From NCBI RefSeq assembly GCF_001194135.2, contig NC_068983.1:102663328-102713031 (forward strand): DNA of 49,704 nt. The letters run 5' to 3'. The translations under genes were made by a program, and so were the position numbers. Shown piece after piece: positions 47,071-49,704 of the stretch (its first letter is position 1; each line of letters opens with the position of its first letter). The stretch comes from Octopus bimaculoides. Taxonomy: Eukaryota. The notes under the pieces are model-generated. The model made no database searches. It had not been told where the DNA came from and worked only from the letters and a program-made list of their open reading frames with translations.

Positions 47071-49704
47071 TATATATATATATATTATCCATAACATTTA
47101 AGGAAATATCTATGAAAATCATGATGCATATTCCTGGCTTTCTCAGTTATCATTAATAAATTTTGCCTTTTTTTTTTCCCTTGTCTGTTTTCTATGCATA
47201 TACAATTGTAATAGGTTTTGCAAGTGCCAGATAGCCTATTGAGATAAGATAAACTAAAGTGCAGCCATATTATTCATAAAAAAATCCTTCCCTCAAATTT
47301 GTGGCATTATCTTTAATAATTCATTAGAAAATAAATACATATGTTTAACTAGGCATTTAAAATATTTTATAGTATGAAGTTAATTGAAGTTAAATGAAGT
47401 GGTGATGCTGGTAATAATTATTATCGTCATGATAGTAAACATAATCAGCACCTTCCTTCTACCTTTCATCATCATCATCATCATTATCATCATCATCACC
47501 ATCATCATCATCATTATTGTTATCATTGTCATATTTCATCTGTGTCACTTTTTATATTTAACGCCAAAATGATTAACAACGTATAAAATAAGAAAAGCTG
47601 ACATCTTAGAATTTGGTATGGAACTCATTGAATCTCTAGCAAGTACCTCAATAGTATTGACAGATTGTCTCATTTGTTATTATTCAACTTTCCTTCTGAT
47701 ATGATGAGATTTATAGTAGTTTGCCCCCTTCACCCTCCAAAAATTATGGCAGTTGTTTTGTTATTTGTTCCTTGTTGCATTTTTTTGTAGCTATCTAAAT
47801 TGATAAAACCACATGTCAAAGGTCAGATGTCTGCAAATTTTAGTTATCATTGTAACATTCATCAAATTTAATTATCATTACAACCTTTATTAAATATCTC
47901 ATAGAACAAATGCAAATACAAAAAATGTTGGAAAAATAAAAATATTTATTATTTCAAAATATTTTTATTTCAAGTGAAAAAAATGTTTAAAATTTTGACG
48001 TTGATACAGTAATTTTCAAGTTGAGAAAACTTCATATATTGAAATCTCAACACTCGAGTATATGTTAGTGTCATGTTAATTACTTATCTAATGGCTAAGA
48101 ACTAGGATAATTTGGTTATACTCTAAATAATGTGGATAATGTATCAGAATGACCAAATAATATAAATGTCAGTAATCAAAAGAAACAGATGCAGGTGAAT
48201 AGTTGAATGAATTTAATGATAGTTAATCTGTACTGGCTGAATGGAGACCAAACATCAGAAAAACAAATGTAAATTTGTTTAAATATTAAACACTGATTAG
48301 CCAAATGTAATGAATTGATTACAATTAGCTAGACAAGTGTCAGAGTTAGTAATTGTACAATGAAAAGTCAGACTGTTTGACAAATGCAAATTTTAAACTG
48401 TATTTATGAAAATTATGTAAGCAAAAATTTGTTGGATATAGATGGTGTAACATTAGTGGTAAACCATATTAGATTGGAATAGTTTTTGAGGTATTATTAG
48501 ATGATATAATTATTTGCTAAACAAGAGTTTTTAAGTATATGTTAATTTGTAATGAACTGGATATGGTGTGAGTTTTAAACAATGAGTCATGTGTAAAGTA
48601 TGGGTTAAATGTTATTGTGAATTAAAGAGTTTTGAGCCGAATTTATAACTGATATTGTATGGAAAAAAAGAAATTTGAAATACAATTTGAATGCTGAACA
48701 TTAGCCAGTAGTTAATATTATACAGTACTCCATTTAGACAAGAAAGCATTGAATCACATATTTTATAATACAACCCCTACAAGATGAGACAAGGATAAAC
48801 AAATGTATTCTGTAAGCAGTATAATGAGTAAATACCTCAGTTAAATTTCGAAAACAATATATTTTTTTTAGCCATGTTAACATGTGGAATAAAATTTTCT
48901 TTCATGTTCATTAGTTTTACTGGAGTGAAAAATAGTCATTAACATAAGGTTTTTTTTTTAAAATTACTATTAATGTGACAAAACCACACAATTATATTAA
49001 TAACTTATAATTCATGTCACTTCTCTAAGAATATTTATACACACACATCCATATATATGTGCATGTGTGCATGTGTGTGTGCATGTATGTGTGTGTATAC
49101 ACATATATACATATGTACATATATATGCCCACATATGTATGTGTGTGTGTATGTATGTATGTATGTATGTATGTATGTATGTATGTGTCAAAATTCTTGA
49201 ATCAAAGATCAAAGAGACAAGAAATCCAAAGAGGGCTCAATGTGAGCTACATATAACTTTGGAATAAATAGTTTTATTATACAAATTTCATGTTTTACTA
49301 AAGAATAAACTCACAATAAACTCACAAATAGCTCCTATGCTATTTGTGCAATAAACTAGCAAATAGCTCCTATGAAACAAAATATTTTGAATCTATTCAA
49401 ATTAGTTAACATAAAATTTTCTTTTAAAAATTACTGTTAATCAATTGAAAATTTTAAAATCAGATGAGCAATAATTAACAATTTTACACAGATCTGCTAC
49501 TAATTTGTGAAATCAGAAAAAATAAATTCTATTTGAGATGTTTAATCAACCCTCCCACATAAATTTCTATATTTTTTCTTGTCTTCCTGTCCACAGTGTT
49601 TTCACCAATCCTATTTCTATGTATCTAGAAGTTGATTAATATGTTTTGATTTGTTTTGTTTGAATTTTTTGTTCCATTTAAATGAACGTTTCAAAAGTAA
49701 TAAT

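Noticed and set aside
233-49267. Dozens of ORFs rich in YI/CV/HT/MYV repeats or X runs
   Set aside because: They are translations of microsatellites and N gaps, not genes.
38200-49704. Search for a second gene or a decayed CR1-like LINE downstream (e.g. 39237-39585, 42640-42860, 48100-48750)
   Set aside because: No recognisable protein motifs or consistent splice-bounded exons; cannot be supported without a database search.

Overview
Eukaryotic, AT-rich, microsatellite-dense draft scaffold with many N gaps. The repeat landscape suggests a coleoid cephalopod, most likely Octopus (inference). One protein-coding gene can be reconstructed on the + strand: a high-affinity choline transporter (SLC5A7/CHT1 family). 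It has seven GT-AG coding exons from 20518 to 35693 that splice into one open frame of about 512 codons. The first coding exon (about 59 aa by analogy to vertebrate CHT1) was not found in the window. Everything else recognisable is transposon-derived. Non-LTR elements: a near full-length but disrupted RTE LINE with three C-terminal C2H2 fingers, RTE and RTE-X fragments, R4/Dong-type RLE LINE fragments, a decayed Penelope-like element, and an L1/Tx1-type ORF1-only element. DNA transposons: four mariner copies, a Tc1 and a hAT remnant, a TTAA-flanked MITE and a ~240 bp foldback. There are also two tRNA-type SINE families. No rRNA, true tRNA, CRISPR or prokaryotic features were found. Most short ORFs in the track are microsatellite or gap artefacts. 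No clearly new system is demonstrable from sequence alone; the best leads are the ORF1-only element, the tri-zinc-finger RTE, the foldback and microsatellite-associated insertions. TE boundaries are approximate unless TIRs/TSDs are quoted.
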